Virus record (IMG/VR): IMGVR_UViG_3300021375_000017
Span: 1-64,000 of that record
DNA: 64,000 nt
DNA from: a virus
Direction: 5' to 3' (one strand)
Position numbers and translations under genes: made by a program. The notes under the pieces are model-generated. The model worked only from the letters and a program-made list of their open reading frames with translations, did not search any database and was not told where the DNA came from. This document shows positions 9,454 through 20,155 of the stretch, piece after piece (the first letter of the stretch is position 1; every line of letters starts with the position of its first letter).

Positions 9454-11121
9454 ATGGCGAGATTATTTGGATTCTCAATTGAAGATAACGAAAAACCCTC
9501 ACCTGGCGTAGTATCTCCGGTTCCACCATCTAAGGATGATGGTTCCGAACACTATGTTAGTTCAGGGTTTTTTGGTTCATATGTAGATATTGAAGGGACA
9601 TATAAAACAGAAAACGACCTTATTCGTAGGTATCGTTCCATGGCACTCTATCCTGAGTGTGATAGTGCAATCGAAGATATTGTAAACGAAGCAATTGTCT
9701 CAGATACCAATGACAGTCCTGTTCAGATTGAACTATCTAATCTGAATGCCAGTGATGGTATTAAAAAGAAAGTCAGAGAAGAATTTAAGTATATTCTTGA
9801 GTTACTTGACTTTGATAAGAAGGCCCATGAAATCTTCCGTAACTGGTATATTGACGGAAGACTATACTACAACAAAGTAATTGATATAAAAAAACCTGAA
9901 GAAGGTATTCAAGAACTGAGATATATTGACGCTTCTAAGATGAAGTATGTCAGACAGTTGAAGAAGAAAGGTAAGGATAGTGTTCAAACAGCACAAAACC
10001 AGTTCACAAGTAGTGAAGGGACTGGATATGACTTTCCAGAAATTGAAGAATATTTCATCTATACACCAGGTGGTCAAGGTGGAAACAGTTCTGCTTCTGG
10101 ATATGGTGGTGCTGTAAAAGGTATTAAGATGACCAAGGATTCGGTCACTTATTGTACCTCTGGATTGGTAGATAGAAATAAAGGTAATACTCTTTCCTGG
10201 TTGCATAAGTCAATCAAACCTCTTAATCAGTTGATGATGATTGAGGATTCCCTTGTTATCTACAGAATTTCAAGAGCTCCTGAAAGAAGAATCTTCTATA
10301 TCGATGTTGGTAACCTTCCTAAGATGAAGGCGGAACAGTATCTTCGTGATGTTATGATGAGGTATCGTAACAAACTGGTATATAACGCAGACACTGGTGA
10401 AATCAAGGATGATAAAAAGTTCATGTCTATGATGGAAGACTTCTGGCTTCCTAGACGTGAAGGTGGTCGTGGTACTGAGATTACTACACTTCCTGGTGGT
10501 CAGAACCTTGGTGAAATCACTGATATCAATTACTTCCAAAGGAAACTTTATAGAGCATTGAATGTTCCTGAGACTAGAATTGAAGGAGAAGGTGGTGGTA
10601 TGTCACTGGGCCGTTCTTCTGAAATCCTGAGAGATGAAGTCAAGTTCTCCAAGTTTGTTGGAAGAATGAGAAAGAGATTCTCTGCAATGTTCAGTGATAT
10701 GTTGAAGACTCAACTTATCCTGAAGAATGTCATTACTCCCGAAGATTGGGAGTACATGAATGATCATATCCAGTATGACTTCCTATATGACAATCACTTT
10801 GCAGAACTGAAAGAAGCAGAACTTCTGACTGAGAGACTTAATCTTCTTCAGACTGTTGAACCTTACATCGGTAGATTCTATTCACAGGATTATGTAAGAA
10901 GACATGTTCTTCACCAAACTGATAGTGATATCTTTGAACAAGACACTCTTATTGAAAAAGAAATTGAGAACGGTGTCATTCCTGACCCTAATGCAATGGT
11001 AGATCCTATGGCAATGGAAGGTGGTGAGGCATTACCACCAGGTCAAGAATCATCTGGTGACCCAATTCAGGCACCTCCAATTCCCAAAGATCCCGATATG
11101 GGTGGTCAGGGAGTCATCTAA
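9454..11121 (+). CDS. gp20: Portal vertex protein
   Basis: RAPERRIFYIDVGNLPK and EDFWLPRREGGRGTEI. Confidence 0.97.
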   Translation: MARLFGFSIEDNEKPSPGVVSPVPPSKDDGSEHYVSSGFFGSYVDIEGTYKTENDLIRRYRSMALYPECDSAIEDIVNEAIVSDTNDSPVQIELSNLNASDGIKKKVREEFKYILELLDFDKKAHEIFRNWYIDGRLYYNKVIDIKKPEEGIQELRYIDASKMKYVRQLKKKGKDSVQTAQNQFTSSEGTGYDFPEIEEYFIYTPGGQGGNSSASGYGGAVKGIKMTKDSVTYCTSGLVDRNKGNTLSWLHKSIKPLNQLMMIEDSLVIYRISRAPERRIFYIDVGNLPKMKAEQYLRDVMMRYRNKLVYNADTGEIKDDKKFMSMMEDFWLPRREGGRGTEITTLPGGQNLGEITDINYFQRKLYRALNVPETRIEGEGGGMSLGRSSEILRDEVKFSKFVGRMRKRFSAMFSDMLKTQLILKNVITPEDWEYMNDHIQYDFLYDNHFAELKEAELLTERLNLLQTVEPYIGRFYSQDYVRRHVLHQTDSDIFEQDTLIEKEIENGVIPDPNAMVDPMAMEGGEALPPGQESSGDPIQAPPIPKDPDMGGQGVI

Positions 11122-11148
11122 ATACCAATGTAATGAAATCATTTAGAC

Positions 11149-11367
11149 ATGGATGAACTTATGGATCTTTTGGTGACGGACGGTAGTTCTTCCCAAATTA
11201 GTGATCATATTAAAGATATTCTTTTTGCAAAGAGTGCAGAAAATATTGAAACAATAAGACCAAATGTAGCAGCATCAATCTTTGATGGTGATGTGAATCT
11301 TGATCCTGAAGAAGGTGAAGAAGAATTTGTATCTGATGTTAATTTTGAACCAGAAACAGAAGAATAA
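11149..11367 (+). CDS. Small acidic prohead-core-region protein
   Basis: Lies between gp20 and gp21, downstream of a CTAAATA late promoter. Confidence 0.55.
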   Translation: MDELMDLLVTDGSSSQISDHIKDILFAKSAENIETIRPNVAASIFDGDVNLDPEEGEEEFVSDVNFEPETEE

Positions 11368-11403
11368 TAAATAACTATTATACAACAATTGTAATTAAAG
11401 ATA

Positions 11404-11952
11404 ATGGCGACCAAACCAGTAGGTGTAAATACAACTTTTGCAACAAGTTCTTCTTCAGCACAATCTGTAGTTTTTGCACATCAGAGTGATTCTTTAAGAG
11501 TTGTGGCAGAAGGTGTTGGTGTTCATGTTGCATTCGGCACTAATCCAACCGCAACAGTCGATGATTTCTACGTTTCCTCCTTTGAGGCAACTGAAATTTC
11601 ATTAGGACCTGTTGCAACAAATAGAATTGTTGGTATCACTACTGGTACTAAAACAACACTTGATTTTCCAGAGGGACAGGCTTCACCATTTGTTGTGGGT
11701 GATTCAGTTACACTTACTGTATCTGGTGTTTCTGCCTTTGACTTTGAACATAAGATTGTAGATGAGGTTAAGACATCATCGAGAGTTGATGGATATTACA
11801 GTACAAGAATTGTTGTCAATCACGACTCTAGTTCTGTTACTGACGTTTATGACCAAAACAACTGGGCACAATTGAGAGGTTCTTTCAAAGTTGCCGTCAA
11901 GACTAATGCCGGAACTGGTACCGTCTTTTTACAACAAGTACAAGTATCCTGA
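11404..11952 (+). CDS. Hypothetical virion protein
   Basis: 182-aa beta-rich ORF in the head module. Confidence 0.55.
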   Translation: MATKPVGVNTTFATSSSSAQSVVFAHQSDSLRVVAEGVGVHVAFGTNPTATVDDFYVSSFEATEISLGPVATNRIVGITTGTKTTLDFPEGQASPFVVGDSVTLTVSGVSAFDFEHKIVDEVKTSSRVDGYYSTRIVVNHDSSSVTDVYDQNNWAQLRGSFKVAVKTNAGTGTVFLQQVQVS

Positions 11953-11960
11953 GAAAACAA

Positions 11961-12611
11961 ATGAAACTCATCAGAGAAGAAATCGAATCAGTTGAATTTA
12001 TCGTTGAAGAACGTAACGGTAAGAAGAATATGTTCATTGAAGGTATCTTCCTTCAAGGGGATATCTGTAATCGTAATGGAAGAATGTATCAGATGGAAGG
12101 CCTGAGAAAGGAAGTCCAAAGATACACAGAAAACCATATCAATTCTGGAAGAGCCCTTGGAGAACTGGGTCATCCTGACGGTCCTACTGTCAATCTTGAT
12201 AGAGTTTCTCACAAAATCATTTCACTTAAGGAAAGTGGAACAAACTTCATTGGTAAGGCGAAGATTCTCTCTACCCCCATGGGTAAAATTGCAGAATCAC
12301 TTATCTCTGAAGGAGTAAAACTTGGTGTCTCTTCTAGAGGTATTGGTTCACTCAAACAAACAAGAGAGGGTGTGAATGTAGTTGGTGATGACTTTATGTT
12401 GGCAACAGCCGCTGATATTGTTGCTGATCCTTCTGCTCCTGATGCTTTCGTCGAAGGTATCATGGAAGGTAAAAATTGGGTATGGGATGGTGGTATCCTT
12501 AGGGAACAACAAGCTGCCAAAACATATAAGCAAATTAATACACTTGTCACACAAAAACAATTGGACGAACAGAAACTTAATCTGTTTAACGATTTTTTAA
12601 ACAATCTGTGA
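11961..12611 (+). CDS. gp21: Prohead protease
   Basis: ALGELGHP, GVSSRG.GS and DIVADPSAPDAFV. Confidence 0.96.
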   Translation: MKLIREEIESVEFIVEERNGKKNMFIEGIFLQGDICNRNGRMYQMEGLRKEVQRYTENHINSGRALGELGHPDGPTVNLDRVSHKIISLKESGTNFIGKAKILSTPMGKIAESLISEGVKLGVSSRGIGSLKQTREGVNVVGDDFMLATAADIVADPSAPDAFVEGIMEGKNWVWDGGILREQQAAKTYKQINTLVTQKQLDEQKLNLFNDFLNNL

Positions 12612-12671
12612 TAAGAATAACAAATTATAAATAAATATAGATTATACATAGGTTAATCGGAGTAAGTTCAA

Positions 12672-13733
12672 ATGTCTCGTGGAGATTTACAAGAAATGGA
12701 GCAATCTAAGACTGCTGTGAATGCGAACGCAAAACCTGCTGAGGGTATGCCGAAGCTTTCAAATCCTGGCGAAGGGTTGTCTGGTTCATACGAAGATCTT
12801 GGTGGTCCTACCCCTGAGAACTACAGTCCTACTAACGATTCTGCAAAGCTCAAAGAGCCTAAGATCGCTACTGTCAAGGATGTAGTAAACAAGGGTGCTA
12901 AACCTGCAGATCCAATGAAGAAGATGGCCAAAGAAGAAATCGAATCAGAAGAAGAGGTTCTTGAAGAGGATCAAGTCACTACTGATGAGGTTGTTGCTGA
13001 AGTTGAAGAGTATGACATCGATGAAGATGTTAATGCCCTCCTCGGTGGCGAAGAACTTTCCGAAGAGTTTAGAGAAAAAGCCAAAACAATTTTTGAAGCG
13101 GCTTTGACTTCTAAAGTCAAAGAAATCCAGGAAACCCTGGAAACACAATACGCAGAAGCACTTGCTGAAGAAGCACAATCCCAAAAGGCCCAACTTCAAG
13201 AGCGTGTTGATTCCTATCTTGAGTACGTTGCTCAAGAATGGATGTCTGAGAACCAACTCGCTATCGAGCATGGTTTGAAGACTGAAATGACTGAATCATT
13301 CCTTGGTGGAATGAAGAGTCTTTTTGAAGAACATTATGTAACTATTCCTGAAGATAAATATGATGTGCTTGAGAGCATGGTAGAAAAACTTGATGATATG
13401 GAGACAAAACTCAACGAGCAGATTGAGAAGAACATCTCCCTTAATGGCCGTCTTGCAGAGTCGGTTGCCGATGGAATCCTTGATTCCGTTTCAGAGGGTC
13501 TTGCATCAACTCAGAAAGAGAAGCTCGCTTCACTTGCCGAAAGTGTTGAGTTTGAAAGTGAAGAAGAGTATCGTGAAAAGCTGGAGACTCTGAAGGAGTC
13601 GTACTTCTCCAGAACAGCTACAGCAAAATCAGAAGCCCCACAAACAATTTCTGAAGGAGTTGATTCAACTCCAGCACCCGTTGGTTCGTCCATGGATGCC
13701 TATCTCAGAACGTTGGGTGCATTCAAAAAGTGA
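12672..13733 (+). CDS. gp22: Prohead core scaffolding protein
   Basis: Acidic coiled coil with LSEEFREKAKTIFEAA and VDSYLEYV; synteny. Confidence 0.92.
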   Translation: MSRGDLQEMEQSKTAVNANAKPAEGMPKLSNPGEGLSGSYEDLGGPTPENYSPTNDSAKLKEPKIATVKDVVNKGAKPADPMKKMAKEEIESEEEVLEEDQVTTDEVVAEVEEYDIDEDVNALLGGEELSEEFREKAKTIFEAALTSKVKEIQETLETQYAEALAEEAQSQKAQLQERVDSYLEYVAQEWMSENQLAIEHGLKTEMTESFLGGMKSLFEEHYVTIPEDKYDVLESMVEKLDDMETKLNEQIEKNISLNGRLAESVADGILDSVSEGLASTQKEKLASLAESVEFESEEEYREKLETLKESYFSRTATAKSEAPQTISEGVDSTPAPVGSSMDAYLRTLGAFKK

Positions 13734-13777
13734 ATTTAATATTAATTCAAACAAAGCAAACTATTAGGTAAAAGCAA

Positions 13778-15208
13778 ATGTTTCAATCCGAACATCTGCA
13801 GGAAAAGTGGAGTCCACTTCTCGATTATGAGGGTCTTGATCCAATCAAAGACGCCCATCGTAGAAGCGTAACTGCAGTCCTGCTCGAGAACCAAGAGAAA
13901 TTCCTCCGTGAGGAGCAAGCATTCAGTCAGGGTATCAACCTGATGGAATCCCCCACTAACTCTGCAGGTAGTAACCCTGCTGGTTTTAGTGGTTCCGCAG
14001 CCGCAGCAGGTCCTGTTGCTGGTTTCGACCCCGTTCTGATCTCCTTGATCAGACGTTCAATGCCTAACCTGGTCGCATATGACCTGGCTGGTGTTCAACC
14101 AATGAATGGTCCTACTGGACTTATCTTTGCAATGCGTTCCCGCTACTCTGAGAGAGGTCAGGGTCAAGCTGGTGCAGAAGCACTGTTCAACGAAGCCGAT
14201 ACCGCCTATTCAGGTCAGGATGCTGGTTTCGATCTGACCGGTGGTATGACCGACGTTCGTGCTGGTCTTGGTACCACTGCTCAGTCCGGTTCTAACCCTG
14301 CTGTTCTTAACCCTGTTGGCACTGCCAACTCCGAAGGTTATGTCGTCGGTCAGGGTATGCAGACAGGTGATGCTGAAGCCCTTGATGGTGATGCAGCTAA
14401 CGCCTTCAACCAGATGGCCTTCTCGATCGAGAAAGTCACTGTAACCGCCAAGTCTAGAGCACTCAAGGCTGAGTACTCCTTGGAACTGGCACAAGACCTT
14501 AAGGCAATCCACGGTCTTAACGCTGAAGCAGAACTTGCTAACATCCTCTCTACTGAAATCCTTGCGGAAATCAACAGAGAAGTTATCAGAACAATCTACA
14601 AGGTTGCTGAGCAAGGTGCTGTTTCTAACACCGCAACTGCTGGTGTATTTGACCTGGACATCGACTCTAATGGTCGTTGGTCTGTTGAGAAGTTCAAAGG
14701 ACTTCTGTTCCAAATCGAAAGAGATGCCAACGCGATTGCACAACGCACTCGTAGAGGGAAAGGCAACATGGTTCTGTGTTCCGCAGACGTTGCTTCCGCT
14801 CTGACCATGGCTGGTATCCTTGATTACACCCCTGCATTGAATGCAAACCTGAATGTCGATGACACAGGTAACACATTCGCGGGTACAATCAACGGTAAGT
14901 TCCGCGTATACATCGATCCCTATTCTGCTAACCTTACCTCCGGTAATGCCGCAGGTGGTAACCAGTATTACGTCGTTGGTTATAAGGGTTCTTCACCTTA
15001 TGACGCAGGTCTGTTCTACTGTCCTTACGTTCCTCTTCAGATGGTTCGTGCAGTTGGAGAAAATAGTTTCCAACCAAAAATCGGTTTCAAAACGCGCTAT
15101 GGTTTGGTTGCCAACCCATTCGCAGAAGGAACCACACAGGGTCTTGGACGCCTCCGTGTCAACAGCAACCGCTACTACAGAAGAGTTGCAGTCAAAAATC
15201 TTATGTGA
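13778..15208 (+). CDS. gp23: Major capsid protein
   Basis: GVQPMNGPTGLIFAMR, AKSRALKAEYS.ELAQDLKAIHGL and FQPKIGFKTRYG. Confidence 0.98.
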   Translation: MFQSEHLQEKWSPLLDYEGLDPIKDAHRRSVTAVLLENQEKFLREEQAFSQGINLMESPTNSAGSNPAGFSGSAAAAGPVAGFDPVLISLIRRSMPNLVAYDLAGVQPMNGPTGLIFAMRSRYSERGQGQAGAEALFNEADTAYSGQDAGFDLTGGMTDVRAGLGTTAQSGSNPAVLNPVGTANSEGYVVGQGMQTGDAEALDGDAANAFNQMAFSIEKVTVTAKSRALKAEYSLELAQDLKAIHGLNAEAELANILSTEILAEINREVIRTIYKVAEQGAVSNTATAGVFDLDIDSNGRWSVEKFKGLLFQIERDANAIAQRTRRGKGNMVLCSADVASALTMAGILDYTPALNANLNVDDTGNTFAGTINGKFRVYIDPYSANLTSGNAAGGNQYYVVGYKGSSPYDAGLFYCPYVPLQMVRAVGENSFQPKIGFKTRYGLVANPFAEGTTQGLGRLRVNSNRYYRRVAVKNLM

Positions 15209-15237
15209 GTCACTGCCCTACGGGGCATCACATTCAC

Positions 15238-15262
15238 AAGAGACCTTCGGGTCTCTTTTTTT
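15238..15262 (+). terminator. Rho-independent terminator after gp23
   Basis: AAGAGACC-TTCG-GGTCTCTT followed by a T run. Confidence 0.9.
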
Positions 15263-15280
15263 ATGCTTACATATAAATAG

Positions 15281-15886
15281 TTGAAAACAAATATAATAGT
15301 GGCTAATAATACATCTGGTGTAAGGATCGCTCAAAACAGTGGTCAACCCACTAGTAGAAACTTTCTGACTCCATCTGGATTTACTTTTCAGGTCCAAAGG
15401 GCACCTAAGGTTACCTATTACGGTAATCTAATAACCCTTCCTGGATTAGATTTACCATTTGTTGTTCAGAATACTTATCTCAAGGAAGTTCCATATCCTG
15501 GGGATGTTCTTGGATTTGAAGACCTAAGATTGAGGTTCTTGGTAGATTCAAATCTTGAAAACTACATGGAGATACAGAACTGGTTAAGAGGTTTAGGTTT
15601 CCCAGAAAGTCTTCAAGAAATTTATGACTTTCAAGATGAAGAAACTCCCTACAATAGAGGACAACCAGAAAAAAGTCAGTTGAACTTATATTCAGATGGT
15701 ACTTTGACTATACTTGATCAACTGAACAATCCTAAGTTCAAAGTGATATTTAATGACTTGTTTCCAATATCATTAACAACGTTGACCTTTGATGCCACTT
15801 TAACAAGTGAACAATTCTTTACAGCAGAGGTGGTTTTCAAGTATACTATATACGAAATACGTGAAATTGATTGTAGTCAATGTTAG
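15281..15886 (+). CDS. gp3: Tail completion / sheath-stabilising protein
   Basis: RNFL.P.GF.F, FLVD..LENY.EI.NWLRGLG and SDGTL motifs; TATAAATA upstream. Start uncertain (TTG 15281 or GTG 15299). Confidence 0.8.
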   Translation: MKTNIIVANNTSGVRIAQNSGQPTSRNFLTPSGFTFQVQRAPKVTYYGNLITLPGLDLPFVVQNTYLKEVPYPGDVLGFEDLRLRFLVDSNLENYMEIQNWLRGLGFPESLQEIYDFQDEETPYNRGQPEKSQLNLYSDGTLTILDQLNNPKFKVIFNDLFPISLTTLTFDATLTSEQFFTAEVVFKYTIYEIREIDCSQC

Positions 15887-16317
15887 TTGATCTTGAAACA
15901 ATTCAGAAGATGTGGGAAACAGATTCTAAAATGGATATTGATAATCTCCATACAGACTCTTTAAATATCCCTATTCTTCACGGAAAATATCATGAACTTT
16001 ATAACAATATTCTCCTTCTGAGAAAGAAGGCAGAACAACAAAGAAAAAATATCCGACATGAGAGGTATGAATATTTTAGTGGGAAAGCAGACCCTGAGGT
16101 CTATATTGAAAATCCATTTCCCAAAAAAATCAGAGATAAAGACACTATGCAAAAATATATGGACGCAGATACAAAACTCTCAGGAGTTTCGTTGAAAATA
16201 GAATACTACTCAGTAATGCTAGATTACCTAGAAAGTATTCTCAAACAGATTACACAAAGAAATTACCAAATAAAGAATGCTATAGATTTTATTAAATTCA
16301 GTAGTGGTATGGGATAG
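15880..16317 (+). CDS. uvsY: Recombination mediator UvsY
   Basis: IP.LH.KY, Y.GKA.PEVY and IKNAI motifs; upstream of uvsW. Confidence 0.85.
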   Translation: MLVDLETIQKMWETDSKMDIDNLHTDSLNIPILHGKYHELYNNILLLRKKAEQQRKNIRHERYEYFSGKADPEVYIENPFPKKIRDKDTMQKYMDADTKLSGVSLKIEYYSVMLDYLESILKQITQRNYQIKNAIDFIKFSSGMG

Positions 16318-16349
16318 TGAGATAAATATACATAACTGATTTTTATGTT

Positions 16350-17816
16350 ATGTCTCACTTGACAATTGAGAAAGTCAATGAAGTATACCTAAAAATCACC
16401 ACAGAACCTCATGTTGAGCACGAACTAAAAGATAGATTTACCTTTGAAGTACCTGGTGCAAAGTTCATGCCCCAATACAGAAGTAAGTATTGGGATGGAC
16501 ATGTACATCTATACAATCTGAAGACTAAAAGAATATATTGTGGACTATTAGATAAGATTATTGCATTCTGTGAGAATGCTGGATACACCTACAACTTTAA
16601 TGAAAACAAGTTCTATGGAATGCCTTTTGAGGTAAATGAATTTGTGAATAAAGAAGGTGTAAAGGATTATATGAAATCCCTATCACCAGAAATTACACCT
16701 AGGGATTATCAGGTGGATGGTGTCTATGATGCGCTAAGGTATAATAGAAAGTTATTAATTAGTCCAACTGGTTCAGGTAAGTCATTTATGATTTATGCTG
16801 TTGTTAGGTATCATGTTGCGAAGGAAAATAAAATCTTACTGGTTGTTCCAACTACTTCACTGGTTGAACAGATGTATAAAGACTTCTCTTCCTATGGATG
16901 GGATGCAGAGAACCATTGTCATAGAATCTATGCTGGTCGTGAGAGAGTTAACACTAATGAAGTAACTATCACCACTTGGCAGTCTGTCTATCAGTTAGAT
17001 AAGAAGTTCTTTGAAGAGTATGATGTAGTGATCGGTGATGAGGCTCACTTGTTTAAAAGTAAGTCACTAGTAAGTCTTATGGACAAACTTGCTGATGCTA
17101 AGTATAGATATGGATTCACTGGAACATTAGATGGGTCACAGACCCATAAGTGGGTGTTAGAGGGGTTGTTTGGACCATCATATAAAGTCACTCAAACAAA
17201 GAAATTACAGGATGAAGGTTATCTTGCAACTCTTGATATTCAGTGTCTTGTTTTGAAATATAAACCAAAAAAGTTTGATACCTATGAAGATGAAATTCAA
17301 CACCTAATTGGTCATGAAAATAGAAATAAGTTTATAACAAATCTTACTGTTGATTTAAAAGGTAATACTCTTCTACTATACGCAAGAGTGGAGAAGCATG
17401 GTGCCATACTTTATGACCTGATAAATAAAAAGGTAACAGGTGATAGAAGAGTTTTCTTTATTCACGGTGGTGTTGATGCCGAGGATAGAGAACAAGTAAG
17501 AGAAATTACTGAAAGAGAAGATGGTGCTATCATCGTTGCATCATATGGAACTTTCAGTACTGGTATCAATATTAAAAAACTTCATAATGTAATATTTGCC
17601 TCTCCATCCAAATCAAGAATCCGTAATCTTCAAAGTATTGGTAGAGTCCTAAGAAAAGGCAAAGATAAGACTAAAGCAAAACTGTATGATATTGCAGACG
17701 ACTTCACAATAGGGTCAAGAAAAAACTACACCTTGAATCATTTCATTGAACGCATAAAAACCTATGTTTCTGAACAATTCAATTATGACATTACAACAAT
17801 AAACATCAAAGACTAA
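16350..17816 (+). CDS. uvsW: SF2 helicase UvsW
   Basis: SPTGSGKS, DEAH, TGT and QSIGRVLR. Confidence 0.95.
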   Translation: MSHLTIEKVNEVYLKITTEPHVEHELKDRFTFEVPGAKFMPQYRSKYWDGHVHLYNLKTKRIYCGLLDKIIAFCENAGYTYNFNENKFYGMPFEVNEFVNKEGVKDYMKSLSPEITPRDYQVDGVYDALRYNRKLLISPTGSGKSFMIYAVVRYHVAKENKILLVVPTTSLVEQMYKDFSSYGWDAENHCHRIYAGRERVNTNEVTITTWQSVYQLDKKFFEEYDVVIGDEAHLFKSKSLVSLMDKLADAKYRYGFTGTLDGSQTHKWVLEGLFGPSYKVTQTKKLQDEGYLATLDIQCLVLKYKPKKFDTYEDEIQHLIGHENRNKFITNLTVDLKGNTLLLYARVEKHGAILYDLINKKVTGDRRVFFIHGGVDAEDREQVREITEREDGAIIVASYGTFSTGINIKKLHNVIFASPSKSRIRNLQSIGRVLRKGKDKTKAKLYDIADDFTIGSRKNYTLNHFIERIKTYVSEQFNYDITTINIKD

Positions 17817-17828
17817 AGGAGGTAACCA

Positions 17829-18215
17829 ATGGCCATAGAGGATGATTTTTATTGTACGATAAAATTGAAATGTGGTGATGAAATTTTTTGTAAGGTAGCA
17901 GCAACTGAAGAAGAAGATAGAACTCTTCTTTTACTTTCCAATCCAATCACTGTAGAAGAGATTGTTGTCAGAGGAACCGTAACTGGTTACAAAGTAGAAC
18001 CTTGGTTAAAGACTACAGAAGAAGATTTGATTATTATCAATATGGATGATGTTCTTACAATGACTGAGAACAGTAATATAGATATGATTGTTTATTATCA
18101 TGATTACTTGAGAAAGAATAACAAAGAGAATAAATCTAGTCTCTCTAAGGAGATGGGATATATTTCTTCTGTTAAGGAAGCAAAGAAATCTCTAGAGAGA
18201 CTCTATAATAGTTGA
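17829..18215 (+). CDS. Conserved hypothetical protein, possibly Sm-like fold
   Basis: IKLKCGDEI...L.NPI...PW pattern; AGGAGG ribosome binding site. Confidence 0.55.
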   Translation: MAIEDDFYCTIKLKCGDEIFCKVAATEEEDRTLLLLSNPITVEEIVVRGTVTGYKVEPWLKTTEEDLIIINMDDVLTMTENSNIDMIVYYHDYLRKNNKENKSSLSKEMGYISSVKEAKKSLERLYNS

Positions 18216-18279
18216 GTTATATAACCTATAACATCCTTATGAACCCGGACAAGCCTAATCCTACTCCCATTTTGGATAC

Positions 18280-18308
18280 TTGTCAACTATATGTTTTTCT
18301 GATATAAT
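18280..18308 (+). promoter_or_regulatory. Sigma70-like promoter upstream of gp55
   Basis: TTGTCA-N17-TATAAT. Confidence 0.7.
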
Positions 18309-18333
18309 ATAGAGAGAATATAAATGATGACTG

Positions 18334-18834
18334 ATGCCCATTCAACCGATGACTACGATGAAAAGAGGAAGAAATTCTGAACACTACGTCAATAATAAAG
18401 AGTTCCTTGAAGCTCTTGAAAATTACTTTGCCGAAGTAGAACGTGCTAAGTTGAATGATAAACCAAAGCCTCCTATTCCTAGGTACATTGGTGAGTGTTT
18501 TCTAAAGATTGCAAATCATCTATCATACAAACCTAACTTCGTGAACTATATGTTCAAGGATGATATGATTTGTGATGGTATTGAAAACTGTGTCCGATAC
18601 ATTCATAACTTTAGTCCTGAGAAGTCAAAGAATCCCTTTGCATATTTCACTCAGATTATCTACTACGCATTCTTGAGAAGGATCCAACACGAAAAGAAAC
18701 AATTAGAAATCAAAAATAAAATTCTTGAGAAGACTAATTTCGATGAAGTCTTTGATACGAATGATCTTGACAGTAGTAATTATTCCGACTATAATTCCAT
18801 TAAAGACAGTGTGCATTCCAAACTTAGATACTGA
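18334..18834 (+). CDS. gp55: Late-transcription sigma factor
   Basis: HYVNNKEFL and NPFAYFTQIIYYAFLRRI. Confidence 0.96.
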   Translation: MPIQPMTTMKRGRNSEHYVNNKEFLEALENYFAEVERAKLNDKPKPPIPRYIGECFLKIANHLSYKPNFVNYMFKDDMICDGIENCVRYIHNFSPEKSKNPFAYFTQIIYYAFLRRIQHEKKQLEIKNKILEKTNFDEVFDTNDLDSSNYSDYNSIKDSVHSKLRY

Positions 18835-19874
18835 TGCGTGTAGCTATTATTACAGACCAGCATTTTGGGTGTCGTAAGAACTCTAAGATATTTCATGATT
18901 ACTTCTTAGAGTTCTATAATGAAGTCTTCTTTCCATATCTAGAATCAATGGGTATCACCACAGTGATTGATATGGGAGATACATTTGATAGTCGTAAAGG
19001 TATTGACTTCTCTGCACTGGCATGGGCCAAAGACAATTATTATGATCGTCTGAAAGATATGGGCATCACTGTCCATACCATTGTCGGAAATCATACCGCA
19101 TACTACAAGAACACTAACAAGGTCAATGCAGTAGATCTTTTACTTCGTGAATATGAGAATGTTCATGTTTATGATACTGTCACTGAAGTTGAACTTGATG
19201 GTCTCCCTATACTATTCATTCCATGGATCAATAAAGAAAATGAAGAGAGTACTTATAAATCTATTCAAAATTCAACTAGCATATGTGCGATGGGGCACCT
19301 TGAGCTTAACGGATTTAGAGTTAATAAACAAGTCGTCATGGATCATGGTGGTGAGAGCAAGTTATATTCAAAGTTCTCAAAGGTCTTCTCTGGTCACTAC
19401 CACACTAGATCGGATGATGGACGGATCTTCTACCTAGGTAATCCCTATGAAATGTTCTGGACAGACGTTGGTGATAAGAGAGGTTTTACCGTCTTTGAGA
19501 CAAGGACTCAAGAACATTTTCATGTAGATAATCCTTACAATCTCTTTCATGTCCTATACTATGATGATGATGATGCAGCACTTCTAAATACATCAATCTA
19601 CGAAGATAAGATCGTTAAGGTTGTTGTTCGTAACAAACCAAGAATGAAAGAGTTTGAAAAGTATATTGATAAGTTATACTCTTCAAATGTTCATGAACTT
19701 AAAATCGTAGAGAACTTCCAACTTCAGGAGTCGGAAGATTTTGAAGTTGAAGAGTCAGAAGATACATTTTCTATTCTTGATAGATATATTGAGGAATCAG
19801 AAACTGAATTGGACAAATCAATCATTCAGAACCTGATTAGAGAAATCTATCAAGAAGCTTGTGAGATGACATAA
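18834..19874 (+). CDS. gp47: Recombination endonuclease subunit (Mre11/SbcD-like)
   Basis: TDQHFG, GDTFD, GNH and SGHYH. Confidence 0.95.
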   Translation: MRVAIITDQHFGCRKNSKIFHDYFLEFYNEVFFPYLESMGITTVIDMGDTFDSRKGIDFSALAWAKDNYYDRLKDMGITVHTIVGNHTAYYKNTNKVNAVDLLLREYENVHVYDTVTEVELDGLPILFIPWINKENEESTYKSIQNSTSICAMGHLELNGFRVNKQVVMDHGGESKLYSKFSKVFSGHYHTRSDDGRIFYLGNPYEMFWTDVGDKRGFTVFETRTQEHFHVDNPYNLFHVLYYDDDDAALLNTSIYEDKIVKVVVRNKPRMKEFEKYIDKLYSSNVHELKIVENFQLQESEDFEVEESEDTFSILDRYIEESETELDKSIIQNLIREIYQEACEMT

Positions 19875-20155
19875 TGTATATCATTGCAGTTAAAGGAATG
19901 GAAAAGGATGGGGCCTATTCAGTATCCGATGAAGATGGTGATAAGATCCTTTATCTGTTTGAAGAAGAAGACGATGCAACTCGGTTTGCATTACAATTGG
20001 AAGAAGACTGTGGTTTTCCAACTATGACCACTCTAGAGATTGATGATGTACTAATGATTAAGACCTGTGAGATGCATGATCATAGGTACGCTGTGATAAC
20101 ACCCAATGACATTGTGATTCCTAAAACACATTATGATACTATTTCAAAAGATTAA
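19874..20155 (+). CDS. Conserved hypothetical protein
   Basis: ORF coupled between gp47 and gp46. Confidence 0.65.
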   Translation: MYIIAVKGMEKDGAYSVSDEDGDKILYLFEEEDDATRFALQLEEDCGFPTMTTLEIDDVLMIKTCEMHDHRYAVITPNDIVIPKTHYDTISKD